A stretch of 64,000 nt of DNA from Maribacter sp. (GTDB taxonomy: Bacteria; Bacteroidota; Bacteroidia; Flavobacteriales; Flavobacteriaceae). Of the stretch, positions 1-9,025 are shown in pieces. The notes under the pieces are model-generated. The model ran no database searches. It saw only the letters and a list, made by a program, of their open reading frames with translations, and was not told the DNA's origin. Location of the stretch: the NCBI GenBank assembly GCA_965662155.1, contig CBFIGW010000001.1, positions 10,042 to 74,041 of the forward strand, written 5' to 3'. A program made the position numbers and the translations under genes. Position 1 is the first letter of the stretch; every line of letters begins with the position of its first letter.

Positions 1-447
1 ATAATAGGGGAAAAACAATCATCAGGCGACCTATTTACACTTCCTATCATCATAGGAATTATCATAGGAAGAATTGGTTGTTTCTTAGCAGGAATAAAAG
101 AATTTACCTATGGAATACAAACCGATTTTTTTACGGGAATGAATTTAGGCGATGGCCTACATCGGCATCCTATTGCACTCTATGAAGTGGGTTTTTTAAT
201 TATCCTATTCTTGATCATAAAAAAGCTAAAACAAGGCTCGCTCCCGTTTAAAAACGGTGATTATTTCAAGGTATTCATGGTAAGCTACTTTGCTTTCAGA
301 TTTCTAATAGAGCTTATAAAACCAAATACCTTTTTTGTTTTTGGCCTAAGCAGTATTCAGTTATTATGCTTACTTTGTTTGGTTTACTATTATAAATTTA
401 TCCTTCAAGGATTTTCCTATGCCAGAAAAAAATTACACCTACTATGA
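1..447 (+). CDS. Lgt-family (prolipoprotein diacylglyceryl transferase-like) membrane protein, 5'-truncated by the window edge
   Basis: Frame 1 is open from nt 1, with no stop before the ORF-track Met at 139. The translation contains GRIGCFLAG and HRHPIALYEVGF, resembling the Lgt GRxGNF and HPxxLYE signatures, followed by hydrophobic helices. The GNF Asn is replaced by Cys, so this is probably a paralogue. Confidence 0.7.
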   Translation: MIGEKQSSGDLFTLPIIIGIIIGRIGCFLAGIKEFTYGIQTDFFTGMNLGDGLHRHPIALYEVGFLIILFLIIKKLKQGSLPFKNGDYFKVFMVSYFAFRFLIELIKPNTFFVFGLSSIQLLCLLCLVYYYKFILQGFSYARKKLHLL

Positions 448-1813
448 TTTTACGTTAAGTCTATGCCCCGATTGTTTAAGGCGGGTAGATGCCAAAATTG
501 TTTTTGAAAACGAAAAGGTATATATGCTCAAATTCTGTAAAGAGCATGGTAGATCCAAGGTCCTTATCGCAGATGACATTGAATATTACAAGAACATACG
601 TAATTACAACAAGGCATCGGAATATCCCAAGACCTTCAATACCAAAACACATTATGGCTGCCCGTATGATTGTGGGCTTTGTCCTGATCACGAACAACAT
701 TCTTGTCTTACCGTCATAGAAGTTACCGATCGTTGTAACCTTACCTGCCCAACCTGTTATGCAGGTTCTTCCCCAACGTATGGAAGACATAGAACATTAG
801 CAGAAATAAAGGCCATGTTAGATGTTATTGTTAAAAATGAGGGTGAGCCAGATGTAGTACAATTAAGTGGCGGAGAACCAACGATACATCCTAATTTCTT
901 TGAAATTTTGGACTATGCCAAAACATTACCCATTAGACATTTAATGGTAAATACCAACGGAATAAAAATTGCCAAAGATTTTAATTTTGCCAAACGATTA
1001 GCAACCTATGCGCCAGATTTTGAAATATACCTGCAATTTGACTCATTGGACAACGTCGTATTACAAACCCTGCGTGGTGCCGATCTAAAAGAAGTGCGTT
1101 TACAGGCATTGCATCATTTAAACCAACTTAATCTTTCCACGACACTTGTAGTTACTTTACAAAAAGGATTGAACGACCATGAAATGGGGAATACCATTGA
1201 GTTTGCCTTAAAGCAAAAATGTGTCCGTGGGGTAACCTTTCAGCCCACACAGATTGCTGGTAGACTTGAGAATTTTGAAGTTGATGAAAACAGGATTACA
1301 CTAACGGAAGTACGTAGAAAAATATTGGAGCAGTCCCCAATTTTTGAGCCGGACGATTTAATTCCCGTGCCTTGTAATCCGGATGCGTTGGTAATGGCCT
1401 ATGCACTTAAAGTTGGTGAGGATGTAAGTCCATTAACGCGGTATATTAATCCAGATGATTTGCTAAATGAAGGTAAGAATACCATTATTTATGAGCAGGA
1501 CAAGCAACTCCATGGCAAGATGATCGAGCTTTTTAGTACAGGGAATTCGGTAGAGAAAGCATCGGAAAACTTGAAAAGTATTATGTGTTGTTTGCCAGAG
1601 ATTGATGCCCCAGAGCTAGGTTATGACAATCTGTTTAGAATCATAATAATGCAATTTATTGATGCGCATAATTTTGATGTTAGGGCCATAAAAAAATCTT
1701 GTGTGCATATTGTAAACAAAGACAATAAGATTATACCTTTTGAAACCATGAACCTCTTTTATAGGGATGACAAAATAGAGCGATTGAAAGAATTGCAAAA
1801 TGAAACCTTATGA
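419..1813 (+). CDS. Radical SAM enzyme with an N-terminal zinc-ribbon-like motif and an auxiliary Cys cluster
   Basis: 464-aa ORF. It has CNLTCPTC (CX3CX2C AdoMet cluster) followed by LSGGEPT. A second cluster, CPYDCGLCPDHEQHSC, lies just upstream, and the N-terminus has CPDC...CKEHG. The start overlaps the Lgt-like gene by 29 nt. Confidence 0.85.
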   Translation: MPEKNYTYYDFTLSLCPDCLRRVDAKIVFENEKVYMLKFCKEHGRSKVLIADDIEYYKNIRNYNKASEYPKTFNTKTHYGCPYDCGLCPDHEQHSCLTVIEVTDRCNLTCPTCYAGSSPTYGRHRTLAEIKAMLDVIVKNEGEPDVVQLSGGEPTIHPNFFEILDYAKTLPIRHLMVNTNGIKIAKDFNFAKRLATYAPDFEIYLQFDSLDNVVLQTLRGADLKEVRLQALHHLNQLNLSTTLVVTLQKGLNDHEMGNTIEFALKQKCVRGVTFQPTQIAGRLENFEVDENRITLTEVRRKILEQSPIFEPDDLIPVPCNPDALVMAYALKVGEDVSPLTRYINPDDLLNEGKNTIIYEQDKQLHGKMIELFSTGNSVEKASENLKSIMCCLPEIDAPELGYDNLFRIIIMQFIDAHNFDVRAIKKSCVHIVNKDNKIIPFETMNLFYRDDKIERLKELQNETL

Positions 1814-1881
1814 TTGTTTTGTTATTTTTAGGTTTTAGAAATAGTAATAAGATTAAATAAAATTTTTACGAAAACAATTCA

Positions 1882-2100
1882 ATGGGTTTAGTTGGAATAT
1901 TTTTAGAAGTTGGAAATTTAGATGGGCTTTTTGCCATGATCTTATTAATTATGTTTGGCCCTGCAATTCTGTTTTTTACCATTGGCATTATACTTTTTTT
2001 TCGTCAAAAGAAAAAAGCCGGTAAAATTTTTATGATTCTTGCGGGTGTTTACCTAGTGATCAGCCTAGGGGTTTGTGGGACTATGATGTTAGGTCAATAA
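1882..2100 (+). CDS. Small hydrophobic membrane protein (hypothetical)
   Basis: 72-aa ORF, almost entirely hydrophobic, with a basic loop RQKKKAGK between helices. No family recognised. It abuts the convergent gene at 2101. Confidence 0.35.
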   Translation: MGLVGIFLEVGNLDGLFAMILLIMFGPAILFFTIGIILFFRQKKKAGKIFMILAGVYLVISLGVCGTMMLGQ

Positions 2101-4506
2101 TTATATCCTGTTGCGCTCATCTACACGTTTTCTTTTTTGATTGTCCCTAATCTTCGTATTCCCAAATTTATACCGAAAGCCTAAAACTAAAAGTCTGTTT
2201 TCCCTTCTAAACGATGAACTATTGTCTTGATTTAAATATCTACGTGTCGTAAACGTTTTACTTTGATTGAAAATATCCTCAAAAGCCAATGAGAGACTGG
2301 CATTTTTATTCCATAAATTTTTACGGAAACTCAAGCTAAGTTCACTCGTGGATTCCCTTCTAGAATTACCGCTAACCGTAGGAGTAAAATACCTAAAGGA
2401 CAAATCTGCAAAGAGCGATTTATCCTTTAAAAAGGTAAAGCTATTTGTGGTTCTCATATGACCGGTCCAAATTTCATTTTTAACCAATTGTCCAGAGCTT
2501 AAATCCTCAAACGTATTGCCACTGTAATAATAACCAAACAATAAGTATATATTCCAGAAATCCATTGGCCTTTTGTTGATCGTAACATCTAAGCCATAAC
2601 TTTTTTTAGTATCTAAATTGGAACTGATAAACCGCAATAAATTAGCATTGTTATCTTGAAAGACCTGTAGGGCATAATCGTTCTTTTCCTCAAAATATAT
2701 TAATTCCGCGGTATAACTTTTATCGTAGGTATACCCTAATGAGATATGATCGGTAATAGAAGGAAGTAACTTTGGATTGCCCTCAACAGTAGAATTGTTG
2801 GTCTGGAAATATTGAAACGGATTAAGCCTATTGTATCTTGGTCTTTCTATTCTTCTATAATATCTTAAACCCAAACTATTTTTTGGGCCGATGGTATGCC
2901 TTAAGGATAGGGACGGAAAAAGCTCCAAATAAGATGTTTTGTTTTCATTGGCATCAGTATCCAATTTTCCCAAAGTCTCCGTATATTCTGCCCTTAAACC
3001 TGTATTTAGCTTCCAGTTTTTCCAGCTATGGTTTAGGCTAACATAGGCTGCTGAAATTTCTTCATCATAAGAAAAAATACCGGATGGAGTTGGATCTACT
3101 CCTGGATAATTTCTATCAAACCCTTGCTGGGCAATGGTGTTTTCAGAGTTAATGGCAGCATATCTCAAACCTGTTTCTAATTTTGCATTTTTCCCAATGG
3201 GTGATACGTAATCTAACTGTAGGCTTAACAATCCTGTTTGTTGCCCCGTGTTTGTTATAAAATCATTTTCACCCGTAACCATCCCATTTACATCAAAAAA
3301 GTCGGTCTGGATGTCTTGTCCTCGTTGATAATCGTAATAGGTATAATGGTTACTTAACGTTAAACTACTACCCTTCTTTTTAAAATTATGTGTCCAATCT
3401 AAATAGTATGATAAATTGTAAATGTCATAGTCCGATAGGTTAAAGGATTCAAAACTTGAGGTTTCGGTTCCATTAACATCTGCAATTAAGGTTTCGGAAT
3501 CATAATGCCTCGTGGCCTTTGGTGTTAGTGTATTGATTGTGGATAAACTAACACTATTCCTATCGTTAATCTCATAATCGTAAAAAGCACTTATGTTATG
3601 ACGTTTTCTCCAGATGATTGATTGCTGCTCCGCAGTCCAAACTTCATCTATTTGATCGGCTTCAAAAAAATTGGTAATGTCAGTGTACCTATCTAAATAT
3701 TTATCGTCCCTATACGTGTAAGAAATAGAAAAGTCAGACTTTTTTCCTTTAAAAAAATGTTCCGTGCCTAAGGAATGCTTCGCAAATACGGCTTGACTAT
3801 ATCTATTGTATACAGAGCCGTTATACCCCGCAACTAGGTTTTTTTTCATTTTGATATTAATCAAAAGGCCTCCTTCTGCGCTGTATTTAGCCGGTGGACT
3901 TGTAATTACCTCAATTGCTTCTACATTGCTTGCCGAACTACCTGATAACAAATTGATAATATCCTCTTGGGGAATGTTCACCAGTTTATCATTGATCATA
4001 ACCCCAATATTGGAACTTCCTTTAATTGAAAGTTGATCATTTATAACTACAACACTTGGTGTACGTTTAAGAACTCCCCATATATCACTATCCGATAATG
4101 CCGTGTTTTCTATATTAAACACTAAACGATCAACTTTTTGCTCTAGACTTGGTTTCTTGTAACTAACTACAACCTCATCCAGTTCATACTCATTTTGATG
4201 TACTTGAAGGGCTCCAATATTTATGTCCCTTATTACTGAAATAGCCCTTGTTTTCGAGGTGTTCTCCATATAACTGGCTTGAAGAAGATACTCGCCCGTT
4301 TGAATAGCGTTAATGCTAAAAACACCATTTTCATTGGTAGAGGAACCCTTGACCAAAACAGAATCAGTGTTCCTAAGCAGCACATTGGCAAATACTAGCG
4401 GCTTGTTTTCGGTGTCTACAATTTTACCGGTTACCGTAAATTCTTGAGCAAAGGTGTTTAATGACAATAAGATAAGTGTAGAAAGTAATATAAAATCACA
4501 CTTCAT
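2101..4506 (-). CDS. TonB-dependent-receptor-like outer-membrane beta-barrel protein with a carboxypeptidase-regulatory-like N-domain
   Basis: The ORF extends to 4533. The ATG at 4506 gives the signal peptide MKCDFILLSTLILLSLNTFAQE. It has a CarboxypepD_reg-like start (GKIVDTENKPLVFANVLL), a plug-type segment (VEAIEVITSPPAKYSAEGG) and a long Y/N/S/T-rich barrel region. Confidence 0.8.
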   Translation of the reverse strand: MKCDFILLSTLILLSLNTFAQEFTVTGKIVDTENKPLVFANVLLRNTDSVLVKGSSTNENGVFSINAIQTGEYLLQASYMENTSKTRAISVIRDINIGALQVHQNEYELDEVVVSYKKPSLEQKVDRLVFNIENTALSDSDIWGVLKRTPSVVVINDQLSIKGSSNIGVMINDKLVNIPQEDIINLLSGSSASNVEAIEVITSPPAKYSAEGGLLINIKMKKNLVAGYNGSVYNRYSQAVFAKHSLGTEHFFKGKKSDFSISYTYRDDKYLDRYTDITNFFEADQIDEVWTAEQQSIIWRKRHNISAFYDYEINDRNSVSLSTINTLTPKATRHYDSETLIADVNGTETSSFESFNLSDYDIYNLSYYLDWTHNFKKKGSSLTLSNHYTYYDYQRGQDIQTDFFDVNGMVTGENDFITNTGQQTGLLSLQLDYVSPIGKNAKLETGLRYAAINSENTIAQQGFDRNYPGVDPTPSGIFSYDEEISAAYVSLNHSWKNWKLNTGLRAEYTETLGKLDTDANENKTSYLELFPSLSLRHTIGPKNSLGLRYYRRIERPRYNRLNPFQYFQTNNSTVEGNPKLLPSITDHISLGYTYDKSYTAELIYFEEKNDYALQVFQDNNANLLRFISSNLDTKKSYGLDVTINKRPMDFWNIYLLFGYYYSGNTFEDLSSGQLVKNEIWTGHMRTTNSFTFLKDKSLFADLSFRYFTPTVSGNSRRESTSELSLSFRKNLWNKNASLSLAFEDIFNQSKTFTTRRYLNQDNSSSFRRENRLLVLGFRYKFGNTKIRDNQKRKRVDERNRI

Positions 4507-4598
4507 GAAATGCGGTAGGCAAAATCTAATCAATTAAACAAGAAATATCTTACTAAAAAGGGGAGGACAAGTTTACAAAATTTATCAATCAAAATAAA

Positions 4599-7010
4599 TT
4601 ATTCCGGACTTATTCTTTCCCTTTCTGCTTTTTCTATTTCTCGTTGATTATCCTCTAATCTAAAATTGCCAAAATTATAGGTGAAACCTATTTGAATATT
4701 TTGGGTTTCATTCACCGTTAAAAAATTGTTGTTCTGATTTAAATATTTTGAGCGATAACCAGGATTGGCCTTTCCTAAAATATCATTTGCAGTTACGCTA
4801 AGAACAGCTCTTTTATTCCAAAAAGATTTGCGCAAACCACCAGTTAGATTAGTGGTTTCGGAAAGGGTGTAAGAACCTTCCAAAAAACCGGACAAATACA
4901 CAAGGCCCAACTCCCCTTTAAAACTTCCATCCTTAGATAAGGTAAAATAATTTGTTACATCAACATATATTCCATCATACTCATTTGTGCTGGCAATATT
5001 GTTACTTTCTATAGCTAAAAAGGTCTCATCCTCGTGAAAGATAGATATATAACTATAGAGATACCAATTATTGGAGATAGCCTTGCCATAGTTAAAATCA
5101 AACCCATAGCTAGTACTGCTAAGTACGTTTTGGGATACATCCCTTAATACTAAATTCTCATTATCCTGAAAGGAAAGGGTGGAGATATATCTGCCATTAT
5201 CTCGATAATAAAAATCAAAAAAGTATTCTTGGTTTAAAGTATAATTTAAATTAAAATTATTGCTGAAGTTTGGTGCCAGATTTGGGTTTCCTTCAAAAAA
5301 TATGTTTTCGTTTTCATAAGTTCTGAAAGGATTTAAATCTTCATATCTAGGTCTTCTAAGTTTTCTGGAATAATCAAAAGAAAGGCTATGTTTCTCGTTT
5401 ATGTTATGTAATACATAAAACGATGGAAAGAATTCCAGATAATCAAGATTATTAATAGTAGACAAAACTTTAGAGTTACCTGTGCTATTGGTCTGTTCTG
5501 CCCTAACACCGGTCTTTATACTCCACTTCTCCCAATCTTTTGATATACTGGCATAACCCGCGTATACCTTTTCGTCATACAAATAATCATCGGATAAATT
5601 TGAAATAAAAACCATTCCATTATTTTGGTTAAAATAATTTAACTTACTCTGTGAGTCTATTAAGGAAGCCTTAGCCCCGGCTTCTAAACTTACTGAGCCT
5701 ATAAGCTTAGAATAATCTATTTGGGTGGTAATGATGTTTATTTCTTGTTTAGCATCCGTAAAGAAGTTAAACGCTCTCATAAAAGCATTGTTTTGGTCAA
5801 AATAATTGGACCTTGCATCTTGGGTGGTATTTAAATCAAACTTGGTATAATGCGCATTAATGATCAATGAAGCTTCATCCTTAAAACTATGTTTATACGT
5901 GAGATCTCCAGAAATGTTGTTTGTGGTCTCATCTATAAAGTTGGCCGTAGTGGAGGTAGAATCCAAAACGCCTTGACCATTGTTCATTAAGGTTCTCTGA
6001 AAATTATCATAGGTCCTATCTGGAGATATTTGAGTATTTGATGTGAAATTAAGCTCATTTCTTTCATCGAACTTATAATCTAACACTAACCCCATATTGT
6101 GTGATCTAAACCTATAGGTTTTATCAAATTGCGATTCCCATACGGAAAAAATATCGCTAGCACTATTAATAAAACGCGTCGTGTTTTCTACTTTACGAAA
6201 CTCCTTTCTAGGCGCATAGGAATAATTGAGGTTGACATTTATTTTCTTGGTCTTATAAAAATGGGATGTGCCAAAATTATACTTTGGAAAAATACCTTGT
6301 GTATAATTTGTATTGATATTGCCCTTGTACCCTAAAGAGATGTTTTTACTTGTAATAATGTTTAGTACCGCCCCGCCTTCTGCATCGTATTTAGCCGGGG
6401 GGTTGCTAATGACCTCCACAGATTTGATGTTTTCCCCTTGATAGTTTTCCAATAAACTCCGAACCTCACTAGAGGACAATTGTACCTTGCGATCATTGAT
6501 ATAGACAACCGCGGGCTGATTTCTAATTTGAAGCTCATCTTGCATGGCTATAACCCCTGGAGTCTGTCTTAAAATATCCCAAGAACTGTTTTGGGATATT
6601 ACGGTATTCTCAACATTAAAGATCAAACGGTCTACCTTGCGTTCTACCTGAGGCCTATTTGCGGTTACTACCACCTCATCCAATTCTTCTGTTTTTTGGT
6701 CAATGATAATCGCACCAATTCTGGTGTCCTTTAAAATATCTAAAGGCATGGTTTTTGAAGTTTGACCAATATAACTGGCTTGTAAGTAATAAAGACCTGG
6801 AACAATATCTTCAATCAAGAAAGTACCGTCCTCGCCCGCCGAAGATCCTTTTACCAAGGCGACATCAACAATGTCCAAAAGAAATACGGAAGCAAAAGGA
6901 ATAGCCTCACCACTTTCGTCCCTTACTTCACCACTTAGCTCAAATTGTTGTGCAAAACAATTGGCACAAAACAGCAATGAAACTAGAAAAAATAAAAAAA
7001 TGGTCTTCAC
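4599..7010 (-). CDS. Paralogous TonB-dependent-receptor-like outer-membrane beta-barrel protein
   Basis: The ORF extends to 7079. An in-frame GTG at 7010 gives (M)KTIFLFFLVSLLFCANCFAQQ, a clean signal peptide. The domain order matches the neighbour: GEVRDESGEAIPFASVFLL, then VEVISNPPAKYDAEGG, then the barrel. Confidence 0.8.
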   Translation of the reverse strand: MKTIFLFFLVSLLFCANCFAQQFELSGEVRDESGEAIPFASVFLLDIVDVALVKGSSAGEDGTFLIEDIVPGLYYLQASYIGQTSKTMPLDILKDTRIGAIIIDQKTEELDEVVVTANRPQVERKVDRLIFNVENTVISQNSSWDILRQTPGVIAMQDELQIRNQPAVVYINDRKVQLSSSEVRSLLENYQGENIKSVEVISNPPAKYDAEGGAVLNIITSKNISLGYKGNINTNYTQGIFPKYNFGTSHFYKTKKINVNLNYSYAPRKEFRKVENTTRFINSASDIFSVWESQFDKTYRFRSHNMGLVLDYKFDERNELNFTSNTQISPDRTYDNFQRTLMNNGQGVLDSTSTTANFIDETTNNISGDLTYKHSFKDEASLIINAHYTKFDLNTTQDARSNYFDQNNAFMRAFNFFTDAKQEINIITTQIDYSKLIGSVSLEAGAKASLIDSQSKLNYFNQNNGMVFISNLSDDYLYDEKVYAGYASISKDWEKWSIKTGVRAEQTNSTGNSKVLSTINNLDYLEFFPSFYVLHNINEKHSLSFDYSRKLRRPRYEDLNPFRTYENENIFFEGNPNLAPNFSNNFNLNYTLNQEYFFDFYYRDNGRYISTLSFQDNENLVLRDVSQNVLSSTSYGFDFNYGKAISNNWYLYSYISIFHEDETFLAIESNNIASTNEYDGIYVDVTNYFTLSKDGSFKGELGLVYLSGFLEGSYTLSETTNLTGGLRKSFWNKRAVLSVTANDILGKANPGYRSKYLNQNNNFLTVNETQNIQIGFTYNFGNFRLEDNQREIEKAERERISPE

Positions 7011-7151
7011 GTATGATTTGAGTTGGAATACCAAATCTAACAAAATATTGCGGTTTTCTTTACACAATTTGTAATCCACAATTAAAGCAAAGAGAACATA
7101 CTTCGTATTATTTTTGAATACCCTAGCCTTAATTGTCCCTTTAAATTAGAT

Positions 7152-7159
7152 TATATTTG
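7152..7159 (+). promoter_or_regulatory. Candidate Bacteroidetes -7 promoter box (TATATTTG) upstream of lepA
   Basis: Perfect TAnnTTTG match 64 nt upstream of the lepA ATG. No well-spaced TTTG -33 element was seen. Confidence 0.3.
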
Positions 7160-7222
7160 CACTTGCTTCTTTAATTCATGGTATGCCATGGTTTTTAAAG
7201 CATTATTATTTATCCATTTGCT

Positions 7223-9019
7223 ATGAAAAACATCAGGAATTTTTGCATAATTGCACATATAGATCACGGGAAAAGTACTTTGGCCGATAGGTTATTGGAC
7301 TTTACTGGCTCGGTTACCGAACGTGAAAAAAAGGAGCAATTATTGGACAGCATGGATTTAGAGCGTGAACGTGGTATCACTATAAAAAGTCATGCGATTC
7401 AAATGGATTACACTTATAAAGGAGAACAATACATCCTCAACCTAATTGATACCCCTGGGCATGTTGATTTTTCCTATGAAGTTTCTAGGTCTATTGCCGC
7501 TTGTGAAGGAGCTTTGTTAGTGGTTGATGCCGCACAAAGTATACAGGCACAGACCATATCCAACCTTTATTTGGCCTTGGAAAACGACTTGGAAATTATT
7601 CCCGTACTTAATAAAGTTGATTTGCCAAGTGCAAACCCAGAAGAAGTAACTGATGATATTGTAGATCTGTTAGGTTGCAAACCAGAGGAGGTGATACCGG
7701 CCAGTGCCAAAACCGGTATTGGTATCGAAGAGATTTTAAGCGCCATTATAGAACGGGTACCCGCTCCTAAGGGAATTTCGGACGAACCCTTACAGGCTTT
7801 GGTATTCGATTCTGTTTATAATCCATTTAGAGGAGTTGAAACCTATTTTAGGGTAGTAAACGGCTCTATTAAAAAAGGCCAAAAAATAAAGTTCGTAGCT
7901 ACAGGCAAAAGTTATTTCGCAGATGAAGTTGGCACCTTAAAACTCGTACAACACCCTAAAAAAAGCATAGAAACGGGAGATGTGGGATATCTTATTACTG
8001 GTATTAAAGACGCCAGGGAGGTTAAGGTTGGTGATACAATTACGGATTCCGCAAACCCCACCCAAAATGCCATTGCCGGTTTTGAAGATGTAAAACCTAT
8101 GGTATTTGCAGGTATTTATCCTGTTGACACCGAAGATTTTGAAGAGTTGCGTTCCTCAATGGAAAAATTACAACTGAACGATGCCTCTTTGGTTTTTGCA
8201 CCTGAAAGCAGTGCGGCCCTGGGGTTTGGTTTTAGATGTGGGTTTTTGGGAATGCTCCATATGGAAATCATACAAGAGCGTTTAGAGCGGGAATTTGATA
8301 TGACTGTAATAACCACGGTGCCAAACGTTAGCTACCATGCCTATACCCGAAAAGATCCTGAAACTCCATTAATAGTAAACAACCCAAGTGACCTTCCAGA
8401 CCCTTCAACTATTGACCGGGTCGAGGAACCTTATATAAAAGCCACCATTATTACAAAAGCAGATTTTGTAGGAAACGTAATGTCTCTTTGTATAGAGAAA
8501 CGTGGTCTAATTACCAATCAGACGTATTTAACTACAGAACGTGTAGAGCTCACTTTTGATATGCCGTTGGCAGAAATTGTATTTGATTTCTATGACCGAT
8601 TGAAGACCGTGTCTAAGGGTTACGCATCTTTCGACTATACGCCTATAGGTATGCGTGCTTCTAAATTGGTGCGTGTAGACATATTATTAAATGCCCAAAC
8701 TGTTGACGCTTTATCGGCTCTTATACATTTTGACAACGCCACTACTATTGGTAAAAAAATGTGTGAGAAACTAAAAGAACTTATTCCAAGACAACAGTTT
8801 GATATTCCTATTCAAGCGGCTATTGGCTCTAAAATTATCTCTAGGGAAACGATCAAGGCCTTGAGAAAAGATGTAACCGCAAAATGTTACGGTGGTGATA
8901 TTTCCAGAAAGAGAAAACTTTTAGAGAAACAGAAAAAAGGTAAAAAGAGAATGCGTCAAGTAGGTAATGTGGAAATTCCACAACAAGCTTTTATGGCCGT
9001 TCTAAAGCTTAACGACTAA
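7223..9019 (+). CDS. lepA: Elongation factor 4 (LepA)
   Basis: 598 aa. GTPase motifs [14 protein letters not shown] and NKVD are present. The C-terminal region [29 protein letters not shown] is typical of LepA. Confidence 0.97.
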   Translation: MKNIRNFCIIAHIDHGKSTLADRLLDFTGSVTEREKKEQLLDSMDLERERGITIKSHAIQMDYTYKGEQYILNLIDTPGHVDFSYEVSRSIAACEGALLVVDAAQSIQAQTISNLYLALENDLEIIPVLNKVDLPSANPEEVTDDIVDLLGCKPEEVIPASAKTGIGIEEILSAIIERVPAPKGISDEPLQALVFDSVYNPFRGVETYFRVVNGSIKKGQKIKFVATGKSYFADEVGTLKLVQHPKKSIETGDVGYLITGIKDAREVKVGDTITDSANPTQNAIAGFEDVKPMVFAGIYPVDTEDFEELRSSMEKLQLNDASLVFAPESSAALGFGFRCGFLGMLHMEIIQERLEREFDMTVITTVPNVSYHAYTRKDPETPLIVNNPSDLPDPSTIDRVEEPYIKATIITKADFVGNVMSLCIEKRGLITNQTYLTTERVELTFDMPLAEIVFDFYDRLKTVSKGYASFDYTPIGMRASKLVRVDILLNAQTVDALSALIHFDNATTIGKKMCEKLKELIPRQQFDIPIQAAIGSKIISRETIKALRKDVTAKCYGGDISRKRKLLEKQKKGKKRMRQVGNVEIPQQAFMAVLKLND

Positions 9020-9025
9020 TTTTAA

